Below are positions 36,089 through 45,797 of a stretch of DNA of 58,425 bases, piece after piece. Location of the stretch: positions 1 through 58,425 of the forward strand of contig JALTBU010000203.1 of the NCBI GenBank assembly GCA_027008345.1. Direction: 5' to 3'. Origin of the DNA: Nautiliaceae bacterium. GTDB lineage: Bacteria > Campylobacterota > Campylobacteria > Campylobacterales > Nautiliaceae. Under the pieces are notes generated by a model that had not been told where the DNA came from, searched no databases, and worked only from the letters and a program-made list of their open reading frames with translations. The position numbers and the translations under genes are program-made. Every line of letters begins with the position of its first letter. Within the stretch, counting starts at the first letter, position 1.

Positions 36089-37515
36089 TTACTCTCCTTT
36101 AATAAATCTCCGATTGCTTCTTTAAGTTCAGCCGCCGCCAATGCTTCGTCATATCTGGCTTTTATAAGCTCAGCCCTTGCTTTTCTTGCTTCCGCTTCTT
36201 TCATTAACAGTATGGTTATGTTTATCATTCCCTGTTTATACATATATGTATATTTTTTAAGAATTTCTTCCGCTAAATTTTTATTTGTAATTTTTTCTTT
36301 AACAATTGCATGTTTTGACTTGAAATTAAAATATTTCTGTTTTACATCAAGAGCTATTCCTTTTTTCATATATTTATAATAATAATCAGTTTGAATTGCT
36401 TCTATTTTGCTTTTTTGAACATTTGCACCTCTACTGGCATCAAACAGTTTCCAATTTATTCCAAGTGCAGCTAAATAATAATCTTTTTTAGTGGATAAAG
36501 TAGGAGCATTATCATTAAATCCATATTCAAGATGAGCTCCGGCCATAGGATAGTAATCGCTTTTATCCATTTTTACTTTTTTTTGCATAGTCTCTACATT
36601 GAATTTCATCCATTTTAAATCATTTCTGTTTTCAAGAGCTTCTTTTATAAGGTCTTTTAAAGATGTATCAGGCGTAAAAATAACTTTGAAATCTTTAACA
36701 TCATCAATTGTTTCATCATCAGTTAAAAATTTAAGATAACTTAGTGCCAACTGGTATTTGTTTTCAGCCTCAATAAGCATTGCATTTACTTCATTATCTC
36801 TTTTTTCAGCTTGTAACAAATCTATATTTGTAGCCATCCCTTCTTTATAAAAATTTTTTATCATATTTACAAATGAAGTTGTAGTCTCTTTTGCTTTTTT
36901 AAGCGCATTTATAAAATATTTAGCCGCCACTGCTCCGTTATATGCTTTTAACACTTCAATAGCAAGTTTGTTTTTATCATGCGCATATTTATATTTATTA
37001 GCTTTTACCTGTAAAGCAGCCATCTCTTTTGCATATTTCAATTTAAATCCTGTAAAAAGCGGTACTTCATATACAAGCTTTGTTTTGAAATTAGTTCTGC
37101 TTCCAGGATTGTTTAAATCATCCGGAGCAGTATCCAAAAGTGAGTTTTGCATAGCCGGATTTTGCATTATATTTGAAAATTTTCCAAAATCTCCTCCGGA
37201 CATTTGCAAAGCCTGAGAAACTCCGCCTAAAAAATCTCTGAACCCAAAATCTCTAAATGTAGCTTCCCGACTTTCAAGTTTCATCCCAAAAACATACATT
37301 GCATTATTTGTTCTGCTGATCTCTTCACTAAGAGTAAGCTTTCCAAAGTTGTATCCCTTCGCCTTACTCAAATCCGCTTTTGCTTTGTCTATGTTTAATT
37401 TTTTTGCTTTAAGTTCTAAATTATTATTTAAAGCTTCTTTTAAAACCGTATTAAAATCCACAGTTTTAGCAAACATACCACACAAACAAGCGGAAAGTAA
37501 TAAAATTTTCTTCAT
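36085..37515 (-). CDS. TolC-family outer-membrane efflux channel
   Basis: The sequence has a two-fold repeat rich in coiled segments, typical of OEP/TolC. The track ORF starts at 37536. ATG at 37515 (MKKILLLSACLCGMFA, a signal peptide) is preceded by AAGGAG at the right spacing and is the likelier start. Confidence 0.85.
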   Translation of the reverse strand: MKKILLLSACLCGMFAKTVDFNTVLKEALNNNLELKAKKLNIDKAKADLSKAKGYNFGKLTLSEEISRTNNAMYVFGMKLESREATFRDFGFRDFLGGVSQALQMSGGDFGKFSNIMQNPAMQNSLLDTAPDDLNNPGSRTNFKTKLVYEVPLFTGFKLKYAKEMAALQVKANKYKYAHDKNKLAIEVLKAYNGAVAAKYFINALKKAKETTTSFVNMIKNFYKEGMATNIDLLQAEKRDNEVNAMLIEAENKYQLALSYLKFLTDDETIDDVKDFKVIFTPDTSLKDLIKEALENRNDLKWMKFNVETMQKKVKMDKSDYYPMAGAHLEYGFNDNAPTLSTKKDYYLAALGINWKLFDASRGANVQKSKIEAIQTDYYYKYMKKGIALDVKQKYFNFKSKHAIVKEKITNKNLAEEILKKYTYMYKQGMINITILLMKEAEARKARAELIKARYDEALAAAELKEAIGDLLKESK

Positions 37516-37641
37516 ACCGCTCCTTTTGTAAAACAAATTTGCTGAATTTTACCAAAGAAATTTAAAAAGTGGTTGTATTATAAGTAAAAATTATAAGAAA
37601 AAAGGAGTAAAATAGTATTTTTTAAATAAATAGGAAAAAAA

Positions 37642-39450
37642 TTAAGATTTTTTCCTGCTCATTCTTTTTCTCTCAGTTGGATCAAGATATTTTTTTCTAA
37701 CCCTAATAGATTTTGGAGTAACTTCTACAAGTTCGTCATCTTCAATCCATTCAAGAGCTTTTTCAAGAGTAAGCTCAACTGGTGGAACAAGTTTTATGGC
37801 TTCATCACTTCCGCTTGCCCTTACATTTGTAAGGTTTTTACCTCTAATCGGGTTAACTTCAAGGTCATTGCTTCTGCTGTGTTCTCCTACAATCATACCG
37901 TTATATACTTTATCCCCCGGTTTTATAAACATTTTCCCCCTCTCTTGAAGGTTAAAAATAGCATATCCCGTTGCAGTCCCGTTTTCCATAGAAATAAGAG
38001 CGCCGTTTTTTCTTGTGTAAGGTTTTGTTGTAGCAGGTCTGAATTCTAAAAAGCTTGAATTAAGAACCCCCTCACCTTTTGTATCAGTCATAAATTCACC
38101 TCTGTAACCAATAAGTCCACGTGCAGGCATTTCAAATTCTATTCTTGTACTTCCATCAGATAAAGGCATCATATTTTTCATAATTCCGCCTCTTGTTCCA
38201 AGCTTTTCAATTACAGAACCGCTATATTCATCAGGAACATCAACCACTACATATTCGTAAGGTTCAAGTTTTACACCGTTTTCTTCTTTGATAATAACCT
38301 CAGGACGTGAAAGTGAAAATTCAAAATCTTCCCGTCTTAAATTTTCAGCCAAAATTGCAATTTGAAGCTCTCCTCTTCCGCTTACTTTAAATTTTCCTTC
38401 ACCAAGCTCTTCAATTCTCATGGCAATATTTGTTTCCATCTCTTTAAAAAGTCTATCTCTAAGCTTAGGAGCTGTTACATTTTTACCCTCAGTTCCTGCA
38501 AGAGGTGAATCATTAACACTCATAATTACGCTGATAGTAGGCTCTTCTATATGAAGAGGATCAAGTGCAACTGGATTATCTTTATCAGCAATTGTATCTC
38601 CTACATCAAGTGCTTCAAATCCAGCAACTGCAACAATGTCTCCGGCTTTTGCTTCATCTATTTCAATCCTGTCAAGTCCTAAAAACCCAAGAAGTTTTGT
38701 AATTCTACCGTTTATTTTTTGTCCGTCCGCTTTTATTAAAGTAACCTGATCACCTTTTTTAACTTTTCCGTTAAATATTCTTGCAATACCGATTCTTCCT
38801 ACATAATTATCATAATCAAGTGTAAAAACCTGCATTTGAAGAGGTTTTTCTACTTCACCTGCGGGTGCTGGAATATATTTTGTAATTGCTTCAAAAACAG
38901 GAGTCATATTGTCATTATCGTCTTCAAGTTCCCATTTCGCAATTCCGTTTTTTGCAGCTGCATAAATTACAGGAAAATCAAGCTGGTCTTCATTTGCACC
39001 CATACTTACAAACAAATCAAACACTTCATCAACTACCCTGTCAGGCTCGGCTGCGGGTTTATCAATTTTATTAACTACCAAAATAGGTTTTAGACCAAGT
39101 GAAAGTGCTTTTTTTACAACAAATTTAGTCTGAGGCATAACACCTTCTTGTGCATCAACAAGAAGTAAAACACCATCAACCATTTTAAGTACCCTCTCAA
39201 CCTCTCCGCCAAAGTCGCTGTGCCCCGGGGTATCTATTACATTAATTTTATAATCATTCCATTTAATCGCCGTATTTTTAGAAAGAATTGTAATACCTCT
39301 TTCTTTTTCCAAATCATTTGAATCCATTACTCTCTCACCGATTTCTTTTCTTTCATCAAGAGTTCCGGATTGTTTAAGAAGTTCGTCAACAAGGGTGGTT
39401 TTACCGTGGTCAACGTGAGCTATAACTGCTATATTTCTGATATTTTTCAT
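37642..39450 (-). CDS. typA: ribosome-associated translational GTPase TypA/BipA
   Basis: 602 aa. [24 protein letters not shown] and NKID are the GTPase motifs, within EF-G-like domain architecture. Confidence 0.96.
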   Translation of the reverse strand: MKNIRNIAVIAHVDHGKTTLVDELLKQSGTLDERKEIGERVMDSNDLEKERGITILSKNTAIKWNDYKINVIDTPGHSDFGGEVERVLKMVDGVLLLVDAQEGVMPQTKFVVKKALSLGLKPILVVNKIDKPAAEPDRVVDEVFDLFVSMGANEDQLDFPVIYAAAKNGIAKWELEDDNDNMTPVFEAITKYIPAPAGEVEKPLQMQVFTLDYDNYVGRIGIARIFNGKVKKGDQVTLIKADGQKINGRITKLLGFLGLDRIEIDEAKAGDIVAVAGFEALDVGDTIADKDNPVALDPLHIEEPTISVIMSVNDSPLAGTEGKNVTAPKLRDRLFKEMETNIAMRIEELGEGKFKVSGRGELQIAILAENLRREDFEFSLSRPEVIIKEENGVKLEPYEYVVVDVPDEYSGSVIEKLGTRGGIMKNMMPLSDGSTRIEFEMPARGLIGYRGEFMTDTKGEGVLNSSFLEFRPATTKPYTRKNGALISMENGTATGYAIFNLQERGKMFIKPGDKVYNGMIVGEHSRSNDLEVNPIRGKNLTNVRASGSDEAIKLVPPVELTLEKALEWIEDDELVEVTPKSIRVRKKYLDPTERKRMSRKKS

Positions 39451-39612
39451 TAATTGCCTTTAAAAAATTTTCGCAATTATATCACAAAAACTCTTATACT
39501 GTTTAACGCTTTTTCCTTACACATACACCTCTTTTCTCATACTTGCTTTCACATCCCTTCTTACTTCTCCCTACTTTCCAATTTAAGTTATAATAATAAA
39601 AAAAGGCCTGCC

Positions 39613-41259
39613 ATGGTAACAAATGCAGAAATAGCCAAAATGCTATCTCAAACTGCTGATTTACTTGAAATTAAAGGTGAAAATCCTTTTAAAGTAAGAG
39701 CATACAGAAACGCCGCAAGGCTTGTAGAAAATTCAAGCAAAGATTTTAATAAACTTGTAAAAGAGGGATTTGATTTAACAAAACTCCCGGGAATCGGGAA
39801 TGATTTAAGCACTTATATTAAAGAAATAGTTACAACAGGTAAATTTTCAAAACTGGAAGAGCTAAAAAAAGAAGTTCCCCAAGGACTTGTAGATATGCTC
39901 GCCATTGAAGGACTCGGACCAAAAAGAATCAAACAAATATATGATGCTTTTCACATAACGTCACTTGATGAGCTTAAAAAATATGCCGAAAACGGTGAGC
40001 TTGATAAGCTTCCGGGCTTTGGTCCAACACTTATTCAAAAAATTTTAAAAGGGGTAAAACAGCTTAAAAAAGCGGGGATCAGATTTTTATGGGCTGATGT
40101 TGAAAATGTGGCAGAAGATTTAAGAGAATATCTTTTAAAATTTCCGGGCGTTGAAATAGTGGAAATTGCAGGAAGTTACAGAAGAAGAAAAGAGACAGTC
40201 GGAGATCTTGATATTTTAGTGGTAGCCGAAGATTATCCAAAGGTCAGCGAATATTTTATTAAATACCACAGGGTTAAAGAAGTCCATTCAGCCGGACTTA
40301 CACGCTCAACAGTTTTTCTTGACAATGACCTCCAAATTGATTTAAGAGCTGTGAGCAAAGAAAGCTATGGAGCGGCTCTTCATTATTTCACAGGAAGCAA
40401 AGCTCATAATATAGAAATCAGAAAAATCGCCATTGAAAAAGGGATGAAAGTAAACGAATACGGTGTATATAAAGACAATAAAAGAATAGCAGGTGAGAGT
40501 GAAGAAGAAGTTTATAAAGCAGTGGGGCTTTGTTATATCGAACCTGAACTAAGGGAAAACAGAGGCGAGATTGAAGCGTGTATAAAAGGAGCTCTTCCAA
40601 AACTTGTTAAACTTGAAGATATCAAAGGGGATTTTAATATAAATATAGATATTAATCATGCGGTAAATTTTGCCATTGAAAAAAAATATAAATATATAGC
40701 CGTAAATATTAAATCTCAATCAGACATTGAAATGATAGATGAATTAAATGAAAAATATAAAAGAAAGCTTAAAATTTTTAAAGCCTTTAAAACCAAAATA
40801 TTAAAAGACGGCAGTATTGAAGAGAGTGAGCTTATGAATAAGGCAGATTTAATTATCGGAGAAATTACCGATAATTTAGATCTTGATTTTCAGGAGCAGA
40901 CAAAAAGAATTCTTAAAGCATTTGAAAAGATTAATATTTTAGCTCATCCTACTTGTAGAATTATTCAAAAACGCTCTGAAATAAGAGCAGATTTTGAAAA
41001 AATTTTTGCTACAGCCGCTGAAAAAAACATTGCACTTGAAATCAATGCTAATCCAAAAAGGCTTGACCTGCCAGATCCTTTAATAAAAGAGGCTATAAGT
41101 AAAAATGTAAAACTTATAATAAATTCAGACGCTCAAAACGAAAAAGAGATGGATTTTATAAAATACGGCATAAATCAGGCAAGAAGGGGATGGGCTGAGG
41201 GAAAAGATATTATAAACAGCTGGAATTTAAGAGAAGTTAAGAAATTTTTTCAAATTTAA
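39613..41259 (+). CDS. polX: family X DNA polymerase (Pol beta-like core plus degenerate PHP domain)
   Basis: Helix-hairpin-helix motifs are LPGIGNDL, IEGLGPKR and LPGFGPTL. The catalytic stretch is GSYRRRKETVGDLDILV ... IDLR. The start is taken at ATG 39613 (MVTNAEIAKML), which has AAAGG upstream. The track ORF from 39454 reads through the G-poor spacer. Confidence 0.85.
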   Translation: MVTNAEIAKMLSQTADLLEIKGENPFKVRAYRNAARLVENSSKDFNKLVKEGFDLTKLPGIGNDLSTYIKEIVTTGKFSKLEELKKEVPQGLVDMLAIEGLGPKRIKQIYDAFHITSLDELKKYAENGELDKLPGFGPTLIQKILKGVKQLKKAGIRFLWADVENVAEDLREYLLKFPGVEIVEIAGSYRRRKETVGDLDILVVAEDYPKVSEYFIKYHRVKEVHSAGLTRSTVFLDNDLQIDLRAVSKESYGAALHYFTGSKAHNIEIRKIAIEKGMKVNEYGVYKDNKRIAGESEEEVYKAVGLCYIEPELRENRGEIEACIKGALPKLVKLEDIKGDFNINIDINHAVNFAIEKKYKYIAVNIKSQSDIEMIDELNEKYKRKLKIFKAFKTKILKDGSIEESELMNKADLIIGEITDNLDLDFQEQTKRILKAFEKINILAHPTCRIIQKRSEIRADFEKIFATAAEKNIALEINANPKRLDLPDPLIKEAISKNVKLIINSDAQNEKEMDFIKYGINQARRGWAEGKDIINSWNLREVKKFFQI

Positions 41260-43009
41260 AAATATCTTTTTTTATAATTTTTGAAAGTTTATTAAAATCT
41301 TTAAGAGAAATTTTATGGCTTAATACATAAAGATTAAAAAGTATATGCCAAAGTGAACCTTTTACAAGATTATATCCCGCTTCATCTTTTAGGGCATATG
41401 CTTTTATTAAATCTTCTAAAAAATCAATAAGCCCTGTTAACTCCTTATAATTTTCAGGTCTCTTTTCCATTGCTTTTGATACAGCAAATAAAAGATTATG
41501 AGGATTTACATCAGGAGTTTGAAAATTTGTATCTTCAAATAAAGAGAGTATTTTATTAACAGCTTCTTTTTTATTTATTTTTGGAAGTTTTTTATATTTT
41601 AAAGGAATACTTCCCCTTATAAACGCACCGTCACTTAGATTATAAACTTTTAAATTCTCTTTTTGTATCAGTTTTTCAATATTTTCTTTTGAGGTTAAAA
41701 ACAGTGAATCGGTATAAATATCATCACTGAAATTTCCTTTTACTTTAAGACCGCTTTTTTGAATATCTTCACTTTTGTCATAAAAACTGTTTTTTGAATG
41801 TTTCCTCTCTCCTAGTCTAAATCCTAAATCCATTCCCACAAGATATATCTCTTTACTTACCATAGAAGCTATTGCAACACCTGCGTTTCCTACAAGTGGA
41901 GAAGTCAATTTTAAAGGAGTATTGTAAAATTTCTCAAAAGTAAAACCACTTCTTATATACATTAAAGGATTTTTTGCCATTTTAAAAACTTTTGGATTAA
42001 CAACACTTGCACCTATAAAATATCCTCTGTATTTTGGCAAAATATCTTTAAGGGCATCTATTAAAATATCAATTCTTTCCTGCTCAATATGAAAATCACT
42101 CTCAATTCCCTCATTCATTAATGGTTTTAATGCAGTTCCAACTGAAATAATAATCATTGAATCTCTGTTTTCTTTTAGAAAATCAAGACTTCTTTCAAGA
42201 CTTTTTCCATTAGCAACCACACAAACCGGGATATTTAAATTGATTTTTTTTAAAAGTAATTTATATCTGTTGATGTTCTTTAAATGGTTTTTAATGCCTT
42301 TCATTTCATCTTCATATGTTCCCCAGCCCCTGAGTTTTGCAAGTGAGAGATTTTTAAAGGTATTTTTGGCTTCTTCAATCAAAGGATGATTATATGTAGT
42401 AAGACTTAATTGCAAAAAAGTAGATGTTATAACTCTTTCATACAAAAATTTCTCAATTATTTTTTCATTCAACCTGCCTCCAATTTGTATAAAAAACCTC
42501 TCACCAAGTTTCTTATAAATCTTTTCATAATCCACAAAATATAAACTTATGGCAAAAAATTCGGGATTCGGTTCATATATAAGCAATGATTGAAATTCAA
42601 AATTATCAGTAAGAAGTTTAAGATGATATCCCGATAAAAGTCCGTAAATAATCGTTGTGGATAAAAAATTCTTATCAAAATAAAATCCGTCGGTATGAGG
42701 CAGTTTTTGGTATTTATAAATCATTTTATTAATTATTTTTCCAGTTATATAAAATCTCTCTTCATCCCATTTTTTGGGAATAATATAAGCAAAATCTTTT
42801 TGCCACAAATCATTGTGAGTCGGATAAAAAGCGAATTTTTTTGAATCTTCCGCAATAGAATTAGGATATATATAACTGCCTGTTGCAGTATCAAAAATAT
42901 TGTCATTTTTTATTATAAAACGTCTGTTTCGCAATGAAGTTACAAGTTTATAATAAGCGGGAAGATTTTGATAAAGGAATTTTATATTTTTTTCAAACAG
43001 TTTTTGCAT
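41237..43009 (-). CDS. motility accessory factor (Maf, DUF115 family; flagellin glycosylation)
   Basis: 590 aa. The N-terminus is FEKNIKFLYQNLPAYYKL and the central stretch VCVVANGKSLERSL...IIISVGTALKPLMNEGIESDFHIEQE is typical of Campylobacter/Helicobacter Maf proteins. It lies directly after flgE. Confidence 0.8.
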   Translation of the reverse strand: MQKLFEKNIKFLYQNLPAYYKLVTSLRNRRFIIKNDNIFDTATGSYIYPNSIAEDSKKFAFYPTHNDLWQKDFAYIIPKKWDEERFYITGKIINKMIYKYQKLPHTDGFYFDKNFLSTTIIYGLLSGYHLKLLTDNFEFQSLLIYEPNPEFFAISLYFVDYEKIYKKLGERFFIQIGGRLNEKIIEKFLYERVITSTFLQLSLTTYNHPLIEEAKNTFKNLSLAKLRGWGTYEDEMKGIKNHLKNINRYKLLLKKINLNIPVCVVANGKSLERSLDFLKENRDSMIIISVGTALKPLMNEGIESDFHIEQERIDILIDALKDILPKYRGYFIGASVVNPKVFKMAKNPLMYIRSGFTFEKFYNTPLKLTSPLVGNAGVAIASMVSKEIYLVGMDLGFRLGERKHSKNSFYDKSEDIQKSGLKVKGNFSDDIYTDSLFLTSKENIEKLIQKENLKVYNLSDGAFIRGSIPLKYKKLPKINKKEAVNKILSLFEDTNFQTPDVNPHNLLFAVSKAMEKRPENYKELTGLIDFLEDLIKAYALKDEAGYNLVKGSLWHILFNLYVLSHKISLKDFNKLSKIIKKDIFKFEKIS

Positions 43010-43017
43010 TGTAACTC

Positions 43018-43042
43018 CGCTAAAAGAAAAAGACTTTTAGCG
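43018..43042 (-). terminator. perfect 9-bp stem-loop between flgE and maf (attenuator or stabiliser; not a canonical intrinsic terminator)
   Basis: cgctaaaag (43018..43026) pairs perfectly with cttttagcg (43034..43042) across a 7-nt loop. On the transcript it follows the flgE stop by 8 nt. No U-tract follows it, and it runs straight into the GGAG Shine-Dalgarno of maf. Confidence 0.35.
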
Positions 43043-43050
43043 AAATTATA

Positions 43051-45636
43051 TCATTGTTTAAGCTGTAAAAGTGTATTTAGCATCTGGTCTGATGTTGTAA
43101 TTGTTTTTGAGTTTGCCTGAAAACCTCTTTGTATAACTATCAGCTGTGTCAAACTTCTGCTCAAATCCACATTACTCATTTCAAGTGCGCTTGGCTGAAT
43201 AGTACCTCTGCCTCCTGTCCCGGCAGTTCCGATAATCGGATCACCTGAGTTTGGAGACGCGCTAAAAAGTGTCCCCCCTTCACTCATAAGTCCTTCATTA
43301 TTTACAAATTTTGCCATTGCAACCTGAGCAAGAGAATAACTTCTTCCGTTTGTAAATACTCCTATAATAGTCCCTGTCTGATCAACTACAAGCTGTTGCA
43401 AATCTCCTCCCGGATAACCGTCCTGAGTCTGTCCGGATGTGGCACTCGGTGCTTCAAACGATGTAATCCCATCAAATTTGCCTAAGGTTCCTAAATTAAG
43501 CTGAATAGCCTGTCCCGGATTTGCACCGTTGTTTGGATTAAAAATAAGACTTGGAGGATTAAAACTTTTCAAACTTCCATCAGGATTGAATTTGATATCT
43601 CCAAATGCCGGCTGATCTAAACTGCTTGGTTTTGGAACCTCAGCATACCATTTCCAAACCGTAGGGTCATTTGGATTAGTTGAAGTATGCCATTTTCTAA
43701 AATGAAGAGTCAAAGTATGTTTGCTTCCAAGTGAATCAAACACATCAATACTTGTTGTATGGGTAGCGGCATTGATATCCTGAGTTGTAGCCACTCCCCC
43801 AGCTGCCAAACTTCCGTTAATAGGAGAAAATGCATCGGTAAAAAGCTGATTGTCTTTACTATCATCAGGATAACCGCTTATTTTTATATTAAATGAATTT
43901 GGCGATGTATTTAAAATTTGTAACTTTCCATCTTTATTAATATTTACATTCCCACTATTATTTGTTGTTGAATTTAAAGGATCTCCGCTGTCATCAATAG
44001 CAAGTTGCCATAAATATACAAGATCCTCTATATCATGGAAATAATATACATCATTTTTCTTAATAAGGTTTGAAGAATCTCCGTTACCGTTAAGAGGGTT
44101 AAAAATAGCTTGAAGTCTTCCAAGTCTGTTATCAGTTGTAGTATCGGCGGCATTTCCGTTAGAGTCCTCCACTTCTACATCCTGAATTCCATTACCGTTG
44201 CTTTCAACTATTTTACCATCTTTAACACTCACTATATCATCAAGTCCCAAATTATTAATATCTGAATTTATTAAACAGCATAAATCATTAATTGTCTGAA
44301 AATCTTTTCCATAGATATAAGTTTTTTCTGTATTGTTTGAATCACCGTATGTTATTTTTATTTTTTCATTTACATTATAAAATGCTCTTTTATCATTAGA
44401 ATCATAAGTCCAGTGAAGACCTTCATTTGAATCAGTCGTTATAGGTGTTTTTGCCTGATAACTTCCACTTGTAGTCGCACATCCTTCTGTTTCATTTATA
44501 GGATTTGAAGAATAAATAAATTTCCTGTTTTCTCCAAGACCGTTAATATTTGCTATAAGCCCCTGTCCGTCTTCCAGATTAAATGCATTACCGTTTGTAT
44601 TAAAAAGTTCACCCACATCATCAGCACCGATAAAAGAATTTTGAATAGCTTTTAAATTACCTGATGATGTAGAAGGTCCATCAAGTCCTTTTAAAACACC
44701 CTCTAAAATATTATTTGTGGATGAGAGATGAACTTCTGTTTTTATTCTGTTTGCTGGGTCAATAATCTGTCCATTACCACTTAAATAAACTTTATACTGT
44801 GTAGAAGGCATTTCTCCTGTTGTATCTTTTATAATTTGATTTATTTCGTCAAGTAAATCTTTTACAGTAGTAAATTTTCTGTCTGTATCGGATATACTTT
44901 TACCATAAGTAAATTTATAAATTTCAGTATTTGTGTCAATATTACCATCTCCGTTTTTATCTATTGCAACAGAAATATAATCTGTATCCGGAGTCAGCTT
45001 AATAATTTCACCATTTGCATTAAAAATTCCGTTCATATCATCCAAAGGATCCACAGTTGCCCTTGTGCCGCTCATTTCTGTAATATGATCACCGCTGTTT
45101 AAATTAGCTTTAATCTGAATTTTGCTTGTGGCATGGGCAGGGGTTGTAAGTCCAGGCGGGATCGAAATAGGTTTAACACCGCTTGCCGTATCAATTGTAT
45201 GTGTTTCAGGATCTGCAAGCCATCCTTGAACTATATATCCGTTTGGATCGACAAAATTACCATTTGCATCAAAAGTAAAATCACCCGCTCTTGTATATCT
45301 GTATGTTTTACCTCCGTCATCACTTACTACAAAAAAACCGTCTCCACTTATAGCCATATCAGTATTTTTATCTGTATTTTGAATACTTCCTTGTTTAAAA
45401 ATTGTCTCAACAGCACTTACAGTTGCTCCAAGTCCAACTTGCAGTGAATTTTTACCACCAATAGTTCCCTGCGGCGCCGTTGCTGATTTTACAGTTTGAG
45501 ATAAAAGGTTTTGAAAATTTGTTCTGCTGTATTTAAAACCTACCGTATTAACATTGGCAATATTGTTACCTTCTACATCCATAGCAACTTGATGAGCGTT
45601 AAGTCCGCTAACCCCGCTCCACAAACTTCTCATCAT
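43051..45636 (-). CDS. flgE: flagellar hook protein FlgE (large epsilonproteobacterial type)
   Basis: 861 aa. The N-terminus is MRSLWSGVSGLNAHQVAMDVEGNNIANVNTVGFK. The C-terminus is LEMSNVDLSRSLTQLIVIQRGFQANSKTITTSDQMLNTLLQLKQ. The huge central insert matches Campylobacter FlgE. Confidence 0.93.
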   Translation of the reverse strand: MMRSLWSGVSGLNAHQVAMDVEGNNIANVNTVGFKYSRTNFQNLLSQTVKSATAPQGTIGGKNSLQVGLGATVSAVETIFKQGSIQNTDKNTDMAISGDGFFVVSDDGGKTYRYTRAGDFTFDANGNFVDPNGYIVQGWLADPETHTIDTASGVKPISIPPGLTTPAHATSKIQIKANLNSGDHITEMSGTRATVDPLDDMNGIFNANGEIIKLTPDTDYISVAIDKNGDGNIDTNTEIYKFTYGKSISDTDRKFTTVKDLLDEINQIIKDTTGEMPSTQYKVYLSGNGQIIDPANRIKTEVHLSSTNNILEGVLKGLDGPSTSSGNLKAIQNSFIGADDVGELFNTNGNAFNLEDGQGLIANINGLGENRKFIYSSNPINETEGCATTSGSYQAKTPITTDSNEGLHWTYDSNDKRAFYNVNEKIKITYGDSNNTEKTYIYGKDFQTINDLCCLINSDINNLGLDDIVSVKDGKIVESNGNGIQDVEVEDSNGNAADTTTDNRLGRLQAIFNPLNGNGDSSNLIKKNDVYYFHDIEDLVYLWQLAIDDSGDPLNSTTNNSGNVNINKDGKLQILNTSPNSFNIKISGYPDDSKDNQLFTDAFSPINGSLAAGGVATTQDINAATHTTSIDVFDSLGSKHTLTLHFRKWHTSTNPNDPTVWKWYAEVPKPSSLDQPAFGDIKFNPDGSLKSFNPPSLIFNPNNGANPGQAIQLNLGTLGKFDGITSFEAPSATSGQTQDGYPGGDLQQLVVDQTGTIIGVFTNGRSYSLAQVAMAKFVNNEGLMSEGGTLFSASPNSGDPIIGTAGTGGRGTIQPSALEMSNVDLSRSLTQLIVIQRGFQANSKTITTSDQMLNTLLQLKQ

Positions 45637-45665
45637 TTTTGAATCCTTTGAACTTTTTTATTTAA

Positions 45666-45683
45666 TAGCAATTTTTATTCCAA
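45666..45683 (-). promoter_or_regulatory. sigma-54 (RpoN) promoter of flgE
   Basis: The reverse complement reads TTGGAATAAAAATTGCTA, which has GG-N10-GC spacing and fits the TTGGAAC-N5-TTGCTT form used by epsilonproteobacterial flagellar middle genes. It lies about 30 nt upstream of the AAAGGA Shine-Dalgarno and ATG. Confidence 0.75.
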
Positions 45684-45725
45684 AATCTATAAATTCTCAA
45701 TACAAATTTTAAAAATCGCTTCTAA

Positions 45726-45797
45726 ATACAACATCCTCACATTCACACATTCACACATCTACCCATACACCCATCAACTCATCCACCCATCTACCTT
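45726..45797. repeat. array of about 9 degenerate 8-bp units (same family as 3909..3988)
   Basis: atacaaca tcctcaca ttcacaca ttcacaca tctaccca tacaccca tcaactca tccaccca tctacctt. It runs from the flgE promoter region into the stop codon of the flgE paralogue. Confidence 0.88.

Noticed and set aside
35963-36379. 138-aa + strand ORF spanning the adaptor/tolC junction.
   Set aside because: It is entirely antisense to two well-supported minus-strand genes. Its composition is low-complexity and F/I/S/C-rich, as expected for a shadow ORF in A+T-rich DNA.
28836-37536. The efflux-pump region or the exopolysaccharide operon considered as a mobile genomic island.
   Set aside because: I found no integrase, transposase, tRNA target, direct repeats or phage genes anywhere in the window. 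The junctions are ordinary short spacers or overlaps with housekeeping genes.
39454-39612. The track ORF extends polX 53 codons upstream ([53 protein letters not shown]).
   Set aside because: The extension is a translation of the G-poor, C/T-rich spacer and gives a low-complexity F/S/L/H peptide. The conserved PolX N-terminus (MVTNAEIAKML...) begins at ATG 39613, which has an AAAGG Shine-Dalgarno and a TATAAT about 20 nt upstream.
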